The notes under the pieces are model-generated. The model ran no database searches. It saw only the letters and a program-made list of their open reading frames with translations, and was not told where the DNA came from. Below are positions 1-10,455 of a DNA stretch of 51,707 nucleotides, piece by piece; positions within the stretch are counted from its first letter, which is position 1, and every line of letters begins with the position of its first letter. A program made the translations under genes and the position numbers. Source of the stretch: a virus (lineage: Duplodnaviria; Heunggongvirae; Uroviricota; Caudoviricetes); IMG/VR virus record IMGVR_UViG_3300032144_000001, positions 73,293-124,999 of that record. One strand, given 5' to 3'.

Positions 1-3000
1 AGTACATTCTTTAATGTTAAGGGTGAAAGAACTCAAACTTATATAGGAACTAATCCAGTTAGCGATCTTCATGATCACTTATCCCAAATTGATAATATCA
101 GTCAGTTAGCCGGTACTCCATATGAATATTTACTTTCAGATACTTTCTCACAAGGATCAGTTATCTTAGGTAAGATATTTAATCTTGAAACAGGTAATAG
201 AATTAAAGGTGGTGAACTTTTAATGAAACCCGGATATGCTGATGGTACAGTAAATCTTGAAAATGGTAAAAAGAAACAATCTGGTAAATTAACATATAAA
301 GAAAGAATTATTCAGGAAACTAACCTGAATTTAGCAGGATATTATTACAATCTTGTACCTGGAGATTCATCCCTTGAATGGATGGTTTATATGGGAAATC
401 AAATAACTCCTGATTCCTTATTGTCTGGATGGAAAAGAGTTAATGACATTTTTAAAGATTATTTTATTTCTGAATTAAATCTTTCCAGAGAAGAAAGATC
501 TATAAATGAAAAGAAAGGTAGAAAAACAACTGACCTTCGTTTTCTTAAACCTATACTTGGAGCAGAATTACATAACCAAATAATTAAAGAAAAAGGTACT
601 CCTGAAGAGGTGTACACAAAATATCAATCTAAAATTGATAAAGCAGTTCAGTCATTTATAGAGCAAGAATCTAATAAGTTCAGGGACTTACTTGAGAAAT
701 ATGAGATTCTTACAAAAACCCCTGAAGGAAACTTTATTACTGAGAATATATCCTTCAATAAGGGTGAAAGCATGAAAGAGGATACCTTAAAAAGACAATT
801 AAATACTCTTTCTGCTAACTTTGCTATAAACAATATAGAACTTCATAAGCTTATATATTCAGATCCTTATCAGTATTCTGATGAATTAAAACGTATTAAG
901 AATGCTAATTCACCTAGACAATCACTTATTCATAACTCCCCAGAGTTCAATATGTCTCTTAATGAAGTGTGGAATAAAGGATATAATAAAGAAGATATAG
1001 GTTATACTGACTTTACAAGAGATTATTTTAAAACAATCACAGCATCAGATGTTACTGGAACCTCAGATTTGAAGGATTATGGTACATTTGATGAAACTGA
1101 TGGTGGCGGTATAATTAGTCTAAAAGCTCACAGATGGTTAAGAATTAAGGCTGGTGAATGGTCTTCTGAAGAAGAAAAGCAGTATAAATATGATATTGCT
1201 TACGAGAAAAGAGATAAAAATAAGGAACTTTCAAAAGAAGAAAAGAAACTTTTAGAGCAACCTAATCCTTCTGTAAAAAGTACTTACACTCCTTTGAAGC
1301 CTATTGTATTTGGTAATAAGGCTAACGGAAAACCTTATAATGATATAGATTTGGATAAATTCGCACTTTATCCATTATCTTATAGAATTATGAAGGAAAT
1401 TAATCCTAGTTCTAATGCAATAAAACTTTATAATAAAATGCAGAGAGAAGATATTGATTATCTTGTATTTGCATCTGGTAGAAAAGTAGGTTCTGAAGGA
1501 ACTAATTCTCTTTATAATCAAGATGGATCATTTAATCAATTACCTTTCAACTATAAGATTAATATTCCTCATAATATCATAGCTATTCAATCTGAAGTTC
1601 CTTCCAAAGATGAGCCATTAGTAACAAGAGGTAGTCAGATTACTAAGCTTGTTACTCTGGATTTCATGAACGCTGGAGTACCTATTGATTATAAAGAAGG
1701 ATTTGAAGCTTGGAATAAATTAACCGAAGATCAAAAGCAAAAATCTTCTCCTCTATATAAGGAAATTAAACATAATCAAGAAGTTCTAGAGCAACTTATT
1801 GAGCAAGGTTATCAACTTTTACTTAATAAATTAGGTATAGAACAAACTCCTGATGGAGGTTTCCAAATCACAGATTTCACTAAAGCCGCTGAAACACTAA
1901 GAGAAGAAATCTTCAAGAGAGAAGTAAATGATAATGTAGTAGATTCATTAACATCCTTTTTGAATGGATCAGTTATTCTTGAAGCTACTCCTGCTTATCA
2001 GCAAGTCAGAAATATACTTTATTCTATAGCTGATAAAAACGTTATTTCTGCTAAGATTTCAGGTGGTCAAAAGGTACAAATTCCTTCTACGTTATTTGAA
2101 TCAGTAAGACCTGCTGGTAAAAATGGTATATTCCAATCAGATGTTCTTGATTTTTATCAAGATGAAGATGGTAAAAGAGTATGTGAAATAATGGTAGGTA
2201 GATGGTTTGATTCTAGTCTTTCAGATGATAAACTGTTAAATTACTTAAATAATACTAAAGAAGGACAAAAAATCCTTTCTGGTGTAGCTTATAGAATTCC
2301 TACTCAGAAGCAGAACTCTATTGATGCTTTTAAAATTAAACAGTTCTTACCAAGAGAATTTGGTGATTCTGTAGTAATTCCTTCTGCACTTGTTAAGAAA
2401 GTAGGTTCTGACTTTGATATAGATAAGCTTTATATCTACTTTAAGAATATATATCAAAATCTTAAAGGTGAACCTAAATTAGTTCCTTTTGTAGGATATG
2501 GTCAACAAGCTAAAGATAAGCTTGCTAAAATGTACGAAGAAGGAGCTTTCTTAAATGAAGAACAGAGAAAGATTATAAATAATTGGGTTTCTGCTAGAAA
2601 ACAAGAAGATAAAGATGATTCTGCAAACAAATTAGCTGTAGCTATATTTGGTGAGGGTTCGTATGAACAAGAAGTCATTGATGATTTTTTAGATGCTAAG
2701 AATAGTAAGGATATTCAGAATAGGATTATAGACAGAGTGTACAAACAATCTCTAGAAAATGAATATATTCAGTCTTTGGAAAATCTTATATCTAATCCTT
2801 TAAATTTTGAAAACCTTATTAAACCTAACTCTGCTGATCAATTAAAAGGATTAGCTAAAGATATTACTAAAGCCATTGGAAGAGAAGAATTTGATTATTC
2901 TTCTACTGAAAATATGTTAAGTAAGACATTTATGTCCTCTTTGAGACAAGCTTTCGTATCTGGTAAATATGCTATTGGTATTGCTGCTGTTAATCAGACT

Positions 3001-4992
3001 AACCATTCTTTGAACCAGAGACAACCTATCTATATTGACTCTGAGAGATTTAATAAGATTACCCCTGAAGATCTAGATTGGCTCACTGGAGGAACTTTAA
3101 ATAAGAAGGATATAGCTATTAAATTCAAAGATTTCAATAGAATTGAAATTGATGGTAAAATGGTAGCTTCTTTATCAATGGTTAAGAATGCTGCTGGAGA
3201 GAATATATCTGATATCATAGGTCAATTCATTGATGGATATGTAGATATTTCAAAAGGTCCTTGGATTATGGAATTAGGTGCTACTCCAAATGTAGCTTCT
3301 ACATGGTTATTTTTAACTAAAATAGGTGTTCCTATTGAAACAGTGGCTTATTTCATGAATCAGCCTATCATTAGAGACTACCTAACTAAAGTTGAAAATG
3401 CTGGTTATTCATGGTTATTTATTGATGATTTTGTAGATGAAGTTAAAAAATCTTCTAAATATAATGTTGATAAATCTGAAATCAATAAAGTAAAGTTAAT
3501 TCCTTCTAACCTCAAATCAACTGTAGGTAAGGATAAATTTACTCCTAAAGAAAAAGCAGAACAACAATTTATACTGACAGAATTTCTGAAATATGCCAAA
3601 ATGGCAAATCATATGTTCCTTGTAACACAAGGTTCTAATTGGGATACTGCTACATTTAATGATCCTTTCTTAGTATTTAAGAAACTTAAACAGCTTGAAA
3701 AAGCTCAATCTAGTATTATTTCTTCTGTAACTGATCTAATAAATAATTCATTTATTAGAAAACTTATGGATAAAGTATATGATACTAGAGATGCTTTATC
3801 TACTGTTCTAATATCTGATCTTCCAAATACAAGAGAGGTGCTTGAGAAAGTTCTTACTCCTTATGTAGATTTAACAGATAGAGAATTTGTTAAAATAGCT
3901 AGAAAAGCTGTAAATGACCTATTTGATTGGGCTGTTCAAAATGATAGAAAACTTAATACTCAAGTAACTAATATTTTACTTTCTGATGAAAATGCAGCTT
4001 CTGAGATTAATGACTTTGTAGTATCTGTAAGAAGAAATCCTTCTCATCCTTTATTTAATAATCAAGTTGTTAAACTTATAACTCCTCATTTTGACTCTTT
4101 ACCTAATAAGGTAAATAACATTAAGATTAAGAATAAGGACAATAAGGTATATGATCAGAATCAAATGATTTATGCTTTTAATGAACTGAGAGAATACTTA
4201 AAAGGAGAAAATAATCCTTTATACGGATCTTTAGTAAGATTAGCTGTATTACAATCAGGTCTTTCTAACTCACCAATATCATTTACTTCGTTATTACCAT
4301 ATGATGATTTTAAAGAAATTTATAATAAAACCTTGTTAGAATTAGAAAATAGTGCTAACTTGGAAGATTTCTATAAATTGAACGTTTTTGAGAGAAATAA
4401 CTGGAATGATGATGATTTAGTTCCTACCAGAAAAGCTAGATGGAAAAAGAGCAAATCTGGAGAATGGAGTTATAATAACAATATGAAATTTTATGTTAAT
4501 AAAGTAAGTTCCGCAATCAGAGAAAATAAAATTCCTCAACTTGTTAAAATTAATAATAAATCCAGAGAAGCTGAGAATGATGTTATTGTGTATACTTGGG
4601 AGGAGGGAACTAAAGCTCAAAAAGATGCTAAAAAGAAAATAGGTGATTATTCTTATATTAAGAAAGGTTTATTTAAGAAAATGTATAGAGGAGGTCAACC
4701 TTATACGAATTCATATACGATAACAGATAAAGAGACTGGAGAAAATAAGATAATAACTGAGTATATTTATAAAATGATAAATGCTTGGGGAGATTCTCAT
4801 GTTTCTGATGGTGTGTATTACGGAGCAAATGAGTTCTATTCTACACCAAGAGAATCAGTTATTGACAATGGATTCATAAAGGTTGAAAATGAACAATCTG
4901 ATGAATCTATTCTTACATACTTTGATAAACCTGTAAAACAGACTATTTCTGATACAAAAGTTGATAATTCACAAAACCAAATTCCTTGCTAA
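1..4992 (+). CDS. Virion-encoded DNA-dependent RNA polymerase, crAss-like (phi14:2 gp66 type); 5'-truncated by window edge
   Basis: Frame 1 is open from base 1 (STFFNVKGERTQ...) into the 223..4992 ORF, so the true start is upstream. Catalytic loop YRIPTQ...FLP..GDSVVIP...GSDFDIDKL (DFDID at 2410-2424); also DGYVDISKGP. Confidence 0.92.
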   Translation, partial: STFFNVKGERTQTYIGTNPVSDLHDHLSQIDNISQLAGTPYEYLLSDTFSQGSVILGKIFNLETGNRIKGGELLMKPGYADGTVNLENGKKKQSGKLTYKERIIQETNLNLAGYYYNLVPGDSSLEWMVYMGNQITPDSLLSGWKRVNDIFKDYFISELNLSREERSINEKKGRKTTDLRFLKPILGAELHNQIIKEKGTPEEVYTKYQSKIDKAVQSFIEQESNKFRDLLEKYEILTKTPEGNFITENISFNKGESMKEDTLKRQLNTLSANFAINNIELHKLIYSDPYQYSDELKRIKNANSPRQSLIHNSPEFNMSLNEVWNKGYNKEDIGYTDFTRDYFKTITASDVTGTSDLKDYGTFDETDGGGIISLKAHRWLRIKAGEWSSEEEKQYKYDIAYEKRDKNKELSKEEKKLLEQPNPSVKSTYTPLKPIVFGNKANGKPYNDIDLDKFALYPLSYRIMKEINPSSNAIKLYNKMQREDIDYLVFASGRKVGSEGTNSLYNQDGSFNQLPFNYKINIPHNIIAIQSEVPSKDEPLVTRGSQITKLVTLDFMNAGVPIDYKEGFEAWNKLTEDQKQKSSPLYKEIKHNQEVLEQLIEQGYQLLLNKLGIEQTPDGGFQITDFTKAAETLREEIFKREVNDNVVDSLTSFLNGSVILEATPAYQQVRNILYSIADKNVISAKISGGQKVQIPSTLFESVRPAGKNGIFQSDVLDFYQDEDGKRVCEIMVGRWFDSSLSDDKLLNYLNNTKEGQKILSGVAYRIPTQKQNSIDAFKIKQFLPREFGDSVVIPSALVKKVGSDFDIDKLYIYFKNIYQNLKGEPKLVPFVGYGQQAKDKLAKMYEEGAFLNEEQRKIINNWVSARKQEDKDDSANKLAVAIFGEGSYEQEVIDDFLDAKNSKDIQNRIIDRVYKQSLENEYIQSLENLISNPLNFENLIKPNSADQLKGLAKDITKAIGREEFDYSSTENMLSKTFMSSLRQAFVSGKYAIGIAAVNQTNHSLNQRQPIYIDSERFNKITPEDLDWLTGGTLNKKDIAIKFKDFNRIEIDGKMVASLSMVKNAAGENISDIIGQFIDGYVDISKGPWIMELGATPNVASTWLFLTKIGVPIETVAYFMNQPIIRDYLTKVENAGYSWLFIDDFVDEVKKSSKYNVDKSEINKVKLIPSNLKSTVGKDKFTPKEKAEQQFILTEFLKYAKMANHMFLVTQGSNWDTATFNDPFLVFKKLKQLEKAQSSIISSVTDLINNSFIRKLMDKVYDTRDALSTVLISDLPNTREVLEKVLTPYVDLTDREFVKIARKAVNDLFDWAVQNDRKLNTQVTNILLSDENAASEINDFVVSVRRNPSHPLFNNQVVKLITPHFDSLPNKVNNIKIKNKDNKVYDQNQMIYAFNELREYLKGENNPLYGSLVRLAVLQSGLSNSPISFTSLLPYDDFKEIYNKTLLELENSANLEDFYKLNVFERNNWNDDDLVPTRKARWKKSKSGEWSYNNNMKFYVNKVSSAIRENKIPQLVKINNKSREAENDVIVYTWEEGTKAQKDAKKKIGDYSYIKKGLFKKMYRGGQPYTNSYTITDKETGENKIITEYIYKMINAWGDSHVSDGVYYGANEFYSTPRESVIDNGFIKVENEQSDESILTYFDKPVKQTISDTKVDNSQNQIPC

Positions 4993-7900
4993 TGGCTAAC
5001 TGTAAACTAGACTATATTGAAAATCAATCATTTAGTGATACTGAGAAGCAACGTCTTGTAAGTATCCATAAGTCGATTTTTGATAGAGCTAAGGCTTCTA
5101 AAGCTTTTAGAAATTTCAATGATAAATTGTTTACTCTGAAGAACAATTACCCTAGTGCTACTCAATTTGTATATAATACAAATAATGAGTATAATGCACC
5201 TATTACAAGGATAGATACTTCTGCTCCTGGTCAACATTATCTGAACGTTAATGTTTTACCTTTAGCTGAAGAGATACAAGGTGAACTTTTTCAGGTTGAA
5301 AATATACCTGTATCAGTAGCCTCTAAAGAAACTTTAGATAGAGTTAAAGAAGCTCTCGTAAAAATGAAAGTTTCTTTGCAAGATTTATCAGAATACGCTA
5401 AAAAGGATAAACTTGATACTAAAACTATTAATGGTTTAGCTGACCTTTCTAGGGGTATTATAGCTATTGCTGATGGAAAAGAAAGTGTAGCTCTTACTGA
5501 AGAAATGGTTCATATAGCTACTCAGATTATTGAACAAACTAATCCTAAAATGATTACTGAAATGATCTCTAAGATAGATCGTTTCAATATATATAAAAAA
5601 GTTTATCAGGAATATAAGGATATTTACACTTTACCTAATGGTAAACCTGATATTAGGAAGATTAAAAAAGAAGCTGTAGATAAACTTATAGCTGAATTAA
5701 TAGTCAATAATGGACAAGAATTTGAGCAATATCCTGAATTAAGAGAAGAAACAAACAGATCGCTAGTTCGTAAATGGTGGACTTCTATACTTGACTTCAT
5801 TAAAGGATTATATAGGGAGTCCAATATCTATATCTTTGATGAAGCTGCTAAGCAAATAATTGAAGGTGAAATAGGTACTGTTGAGGAAATGGTTGGAGAA
5901 GGTGTACTTTTCCAATTATCAGATAAACAGAAGGAAATTCAGGAAAGAATTAAACTTACTTCTGAAAGAGTAGAAAAAGTACAATCTAATGAAAAAGTAG
6001 ATCCTATTCTGCTAGATAGTGAAGAAGCTAATAATTTCTATCGTATTAAGGATGATCAGGGAAATTGGACTAAAATTACCAGAAGGGTAACTGATAGGGT
6101 TAAGAACTGGTATAAAGAAAGATTCCCAGGCAAAGTATTCTCTAAATCGGAGCAAGAATTCAATGAACTTAAAAGACAATATGGAGTTCAAGGTCACCAG
6201 GACTTAGAAGAAATTCATTCCAGGTTCTATAATACTGATGGTACTAAGAGGGAAAACCCCTTAGAGAAGCCTAAAAAGTTCAATTTACCATCTCAGGATA
6301 TGTATGATAAACTTGAGAAATGGTATACTGGATATATTAAATCTCTTCCTAAAGATACTTTAGTATTCTCAGAAGTTATTATTTATGATGAAAAGCAGAA
6401 AGAAGCTGGTACGATAGACTTTCTAGCTGTAGAACCTTCTGGTAAAACTCATATTCTTGACTGGAAGTTTATGAATGTTTCTGCTGATCAAGAAGATGTA
6501 GCTTGGTATAAACAAGGTGCTTATAATCTCCAGATAGGTAGATATAAGGATATTCTTAGGGATAATTATGGAGTTAAGGAATTTGGTCAATTAAGAGCAA
6601 TTCCTATCATAATGAAATTTGAGTTTAAAAAGGATAAATCCCCTCAAATTAAAGGTATTGCTATTGGGAGCCTAGATACCTCAAAAATACAAGATCTCAC
6701 TCTATTACCAGTTGCTGAAGAGTCAGAATCTACAGGATATGAAGCTTTGGACAATATTATAGGTAAACTTAATGCTCATTTAAAACAAGTTGCGAAGGAG
6801 AAAGTTACTTCTGAAGAAGAAAGAGAGTTTAAGTATGAACGAATGAGTATTATTAGTAAAGCCGTAAGGTTAGCACATATAACTCAAAATGTAGTACCTC
6901 TTATTGATGTTATTGAAGTAATGAGAAAAGAAGGAGATCGTATTTTAGGTGAATATACTACTACTTATAAAGATAGACCTGCTTCTTCTGAGGATAATAC
7001 AGATTCAGAATTATCTGATTTCTCTGAGGAAATGAATGACTATATAAGTCTATCTAGAGGATTTGAAGAAATTAGTGATGATCTTGGAGATTTAATATAT
7101 TCAGAAGGTCTTAAAGAAGAAGGATTAACCGAAAAAGAAATTACGCTTAGAAAAGGATTTTTAGATAAATTAAACACGGAATCTACTCAGTTACGAAAAC
7201 TAAGGAAGAAAATACAGGAATCTTCAGAAGCATTTGCAGATAAACATATAGGTGAAAGAAATCTTGTAGTAAGTCTTCTTAAACCAGAAAAGATAGTTAA
7301 AGGTTTGGGATCTACATTTAGAGGAGTTTCAGAATTTGGGTTAAAAGCTGTTGATATTTTGGTAAAACTAGCTAGGTCTGCTCAAAATAAAGCTTCTGAA
7401 TCTGCACTGAAAGAAATTCAAGAACTTATATCTATACGAGAAAAGTTATCAAAAAGAGGCAATATTAAAGAGTTAGCTAAAAGGGTATACGAAAAAGATG
7501 AGAAAGGTAATATAGTAAATAGAATAATTCGTCAATATCAGGTTAAGTTCTTTGAAGAAGTGGATAAGAAAGCCAAAGAAGGTGGAGATTTAAAATGGCT
7601 AAAGGACAATATTAATATAGAAGAGTATAAAAAAGAAGCTCAAGAAAAGATAAATAATAGAATTAAACAAATTAAACAAACTCCATATCCGGGATCTGAT
7701 TCAGAAGTAGCTGACAGAGTAGAGGAAGAGATTCTAAAAACAAAAAGGTTATATGATATTACAAGACCAGATTTTATAGGATGGAATAATTATATAATTA
7801 AGAGACATCCTCTTGAAAAATGGGAATCTGAAGAATACAAATCTATTAAAAATGATTCAGATTTAATGGATTTGTACAAATTTATTGTTAAATATAATAA

Positions 7901-10037
7901 TAAGGCCAAGGATATAGGCTATATAGCTAATAATATCTCATCTAAAACATTCTTACCTTTTGTTAGAAAATCTATGGCTGAGTCCCTATCTTGGGATTTT
8001 GGATTGTCTGTTATTAATAATTTTAATGAAAGTTTAAAATTAACAGCAGGGGATACAGGTTACGGATCTGTAAACGAAATTACAGGAGAATTAGAAAATA
8101 GTATACCAAAATACTATACATATGATTTTACTAAAAAAGATGGAGTAAATGACTATTCTGAAGTAAGTGATGAACTGTTTAAGAATTTAATCCTATATAT
8201 TCAGCAGGTAGAAAAATATAAATATATGACCGAAATAGAAGGTCAATTGAAACTTGTAAAAACAGTTGAAGAGTTTAAAGGACATTTAAATACAGACAGA
8301 TCTGGAAATGTAATTAGAGACTCTGCTGGAAATGTAGAAATACAAGGAAAAGGAGTACATGGAGGTAATTCTGAGAATACTAAAATGTTTGATGATTTCA
8401 TGAGAGTTTTGGTTTATGATCAGAAATATGTATTAACTGATACAGATACTCCTTTAAATTTTGGTAAAATAACAGAATTTGTTAAGAAATCTATAAATAA
8501 AATAACAGGTAAGGAAGTATTTAAACCAGAAGAAAATCCTACACCCACTTCTTTATTTAAGTCAATGGATGCTATGAACAGAGCATTTCAGTTAAAAACA
8601 TTAGGTTTTGATATCGTATCTGGAGCAGTTAACTTATTTGGTAGTAATATTCAAATAGCAACACAGGCTGGAAATTACTTTAAAGCTAGAGAATTTGCTA
8701 AAAATGAAGCTAAATTAATTGCACAAAAGTTTAAGAATGAAGAAGAAAAAGAGATTTTTATCCAACTCATTAATACATTTATGCCTTTAAAAGAAGATCC
8801 TGCTTATAAGTTATATAAAGAAGCCGGAATGACTGTTTTAACGAGGCAGAATTTAGGAGACATTCTTATGACATTTATGAGAGAGGGTGAACTTTTAGTA
8901 GAAAAAGCTGCCTTTTTGTCACTATTGGATAATGGTATGATTATAGATGGTAAAATAGTTAATATTAGAGAGTATGTAAAGTCTAAATATAGAGGTCAAA
9001 GAATAAATTCCTCTGATTTCAGAAGAATAAACCCATTGATTGAAAAGGAAGTAGAAGAGCTTAAAAACACACAATCTATAAGTAAAACTAGAAAATTAAT
9101 AGATGGTAAGTTAGTAATTCCAGGATTAGATTTAACGAATAGACAAGAATTACAAAGATTAACCAATTTATCAAGAAATATAGCATCTAAAGCCACTGGT
9201 TCCCTAACTAAGGAGAATTTGAATAGAATGTCTATGTCTATATGGACTAAATCTATGATGGTATTTAAAAATTGGATTGCACCTCTTGCATTTACTAGAT
9301 TTGATGAATTTAGAAAAGTAGCGGATGATTTTACAGTTGTAGTAGGGGAAGATGGAACTACTACTGGTGAGAAATATGATATTGGTAGATTAAGGCTTTT
9401 GGGTTATGTTTTAACCTTTAATATATTTAAAGGTACGCAAAACCTCATAAATATCATGAAATTGACTGAAAAGGGTATTCAGGAATTGGATATAATGTTT
9501 GAAGACTTTAAAGCTAAATATGAGCTTCAAACTGGTGAGAAATTGAATATAACCAGAGAAGATTTTATAGATCTGATAAGAACTAATCTTCGCAATCAAT
9601 TAAAAGAACTAGCTATACTAGCTGGATTAATGGGAACAATGTTATCTCTAGGATTTATAGCTCCTGATGATGACGAGGACAAGGCAGCTAAGAATGCTCA
9701 TAGATATGCTTTAAAAGTGGTAGATAAGTTTGTTTCTGAACTATCCTTCTTCTACAATCCTGATGAGTTAAGAAGTATTCTTACAGGAGGTATATTCCCT
9801 GCTCTAGGATTAGTTAATGATTTTGAACGATTTATGCATAATTTCTGGCTTGAAATTACAGGATTGGATTATAACTCAGAAACTTCCTATGATGAGGTTA
9901 GAAAAAAGGCACAACCTATAAAGTATGCAATGCGAATGTTTCCTATATCAAAACAATTAGTTACTTATTTATCTATAATGAGCGACAGCTTCGCAAAAGA
10001 TTTTGACGTAACTATACCTAAAGAATCTAATCGTTAA
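4992..10037 (+). CDS. Large virion/injected polyvalent protein with EExxH metallopeptidase-like and PD-(D/E)xK nuclease motifs
   Basis: ATG at 4992 overlaps the RNAP stop (TAATG). LTEEMVH at 5499-5513; GTIDFLAVEPSGKTHILDWKF and QIGRY at about 6405-6545. Adjacent to vRNAP, as crAss-like injected proteins are. Confidence 0.75.
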   Translation: MANCKLDYIENQSFSDTEKQRLVSIHKSIFDRAKASKAFRNFNDKLFTLKNNYPSATQFVYNTNNEYNAPITRIDTSAPGQHYLNVNVLPLAEEIQGELFQVENIPVSVASKETLDRVKEALVKMKVSLQDLSEYAKKDKLDTKTINGLADLSRGIIAIADGKESVALTEEMVHIATQIIEQTNPKMITEMISKIDRFNIYKKVYQEYKDIYTLPNGKPDIRKIKKEAVDKLIAELIVNNGQEFEQYPELREETNRSLVRKWWTSILDFIKGLYRESNIYIFDEAAKQIIEGEIGTVEEMVGEGVLFQLSDKQKEIQERIKLTSERVEKVQSNEKVDPILLDSEEANNFYRIKDDQGNWTKITRRVTDRVKNWYKERFPGKVFSKSEQEFNELKRQYGVQGHQDLEEIHSRFYNTDGTKRENPLEKPKKFNLPSQDMYDKLEKWYTGYIKSLPKDTLVFSEVIIYDEKQKEAGTIDFLAVEPSGKTHILDWKFMNVSADQEDVAWYKQGAYNLQIGRYKDILRDNYGVKEFGQLRAIPIIMKFEFKKDKSPQIKGIAIGSLDTSKIQDLTLLPVAEESESTGYEALDNIIGKLNAHLKQVAKEKVTSEEEREFKYERMSIISKAVRLAHITQNVVPLIDVIEVMRKEGDRILGEYTTTYKDRPASSEDNTDSELSDFSEEMNDYISLSRGFEEISDDLGDLIYSEGLKEEGLTEKEITLRKGFLDKLNTESTQLRKLRKKIQESSEAFADKHIGERNLVVSLLKPEKIVKGLGSTFRGVSEFGLKAVDILVKLARSAQNKASESALKEIQELISIREKLSKRGNIKELAKRVYEKDEKGNIVNRIIRQYQVKFFEEVDKKAKEGGDLKWLKDNINIEEYKKEAQEKINNRIKQIKQTPYPGSDSEVADRVEEEILKTKRLYDITRPDFIGWNNYIIKRHPLEKWESEEYKSIKNDSDLMDLYKFIVKYNNKAKDIGYIANNISSKTFLPFVRKSMAESLSWDFGLSVINNFNESLKLTAGDTGYGSVNEITGELENSIPKYYTYDFTKKDGVNDYSEVSDELFKNLILYIQQVEKYKYMTEIEGQLKLVKTVEEFKGHLNTDRSGNVIRDSAGNVEIQGKGVHGGNSENTKMFDDFMRVLVYDQKYVLTDTDTPLNFGKITEFVKKSINKITGKEVFKPEENPTPTSLFKSMDAMNRAFQLKTLGFDIVSGAVNLFGSNIQIATQAGNYFKAREFAKNEAKLIAQKFKNEEEKEIFIQLINTFMPLKEDPAYKLYKEAGMTVLTRQNLGDILMTFMREGELLVEKAAFLSLLDNGMIIDGKIVNIREYVKSKYRGQRINSSDFRRINPLIEKEVEELKNTQSISKTRKLIDGKLVIPGLDLTNRQELQRLTNLSRNIASKATGSLTKENLNRMSMSIWTKSMMVFKNWIAPLAFTRFDEFRKVADDFTVVVGEDGTTTGEKYDIGRLRLLGYVLTFNIFKGTQNLINIMKLTEKGIQELDIMFEDFKAKYELQTGEKLNITREDFIDLIRTNLRNQLKELAILAGLMGTMLSLGFIAPDDDEDKAAKNAHRYALKVVDKFVSELSFFYNPDELRSILTGGIFPALGLVNDFERFMHNFWLEITGLDYNSETSYDEVRKKAQPIKYAMRMFPISKQLVTYLSIMSDSFAKDFDVTIPKESNR

Positions 10038-10072
10038 TAGCTATATTAAGTAGCAAATTTATTCGAAAATGC

Positions 10073-10101
10073 TTGTTTTTGTCATAAAAAATGTATATTT
10101 G
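10073..10101 (+). promoter_or_regulatory. Bacteroidota sigma70-type promoter (TTG-N18-TATATTTG)
   Basis: TTG 10073-10075 and TATATTTG 10094-10101 in the intergenic gap before the appendage genes. Confidence 0.6.
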
Positions 10102-10116
10102 TAATTTAATAAGAAT

Positions 10117-10455
10117 ATGAGAGTAGCTGAAATTTGTCCGAATTGTGCAACATATATCAATGCGGCATGTATTATATATAATGGTGATTATCTGAAAGCA
10201 ATAAATGCTTCCCCATTAGATTCATTGGATATTATTCTTGAATCAATTAATGATTCATTTGGAGCTATACCTGGAAGTGGTGTTCCTACAAATATTCCAT
10301 CTTTTTATGGTCAATTTTATATTGATAGTGGAACATCTCTATATATAGGATTATCCGATACAATCCCAAATTGGGGATTTGTTGGTACAATAGTTACTAC
10401 GACTACTACAACTAGTACATCAAGTACTACTACAACAACTACTACAACACCTTAA
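10117..10455 (+). CDS. Small structural protein: Cys-containing N-terminal module plus C-terminal poly-Thr/Ser tail
   Basis: 112 aa; N-terminus aligns without gaps with the next gene; ends in 18 consecutive T/S then P; stop overlaps next start (TAATG). Confidence 0.8.
   Translation: MRVAEICPNCATYINAACIIYNGDYLKAINASPLDSLDIILESINDSFGAIPGSGVPTNIPSFYGQFYIDSGTSLYIGLSDTIPNWGFVGTIVTTTTTTSTSSTTTTTTTTP
10396..10449 (+). repeat. Low-complexity Thr/Ser codon run (TTTTTTSTSSTTTTTTTT)
   Basis: 18 codons using mixed ACT/ACA/ACG/AGT/TCA. Confidence 0.9.

Noticed and set aside
648-9599. Short antisense ORFs within the two giant genes
   Set aside because: 60-70 aa, fully nested opposite long genes; expected by chance.
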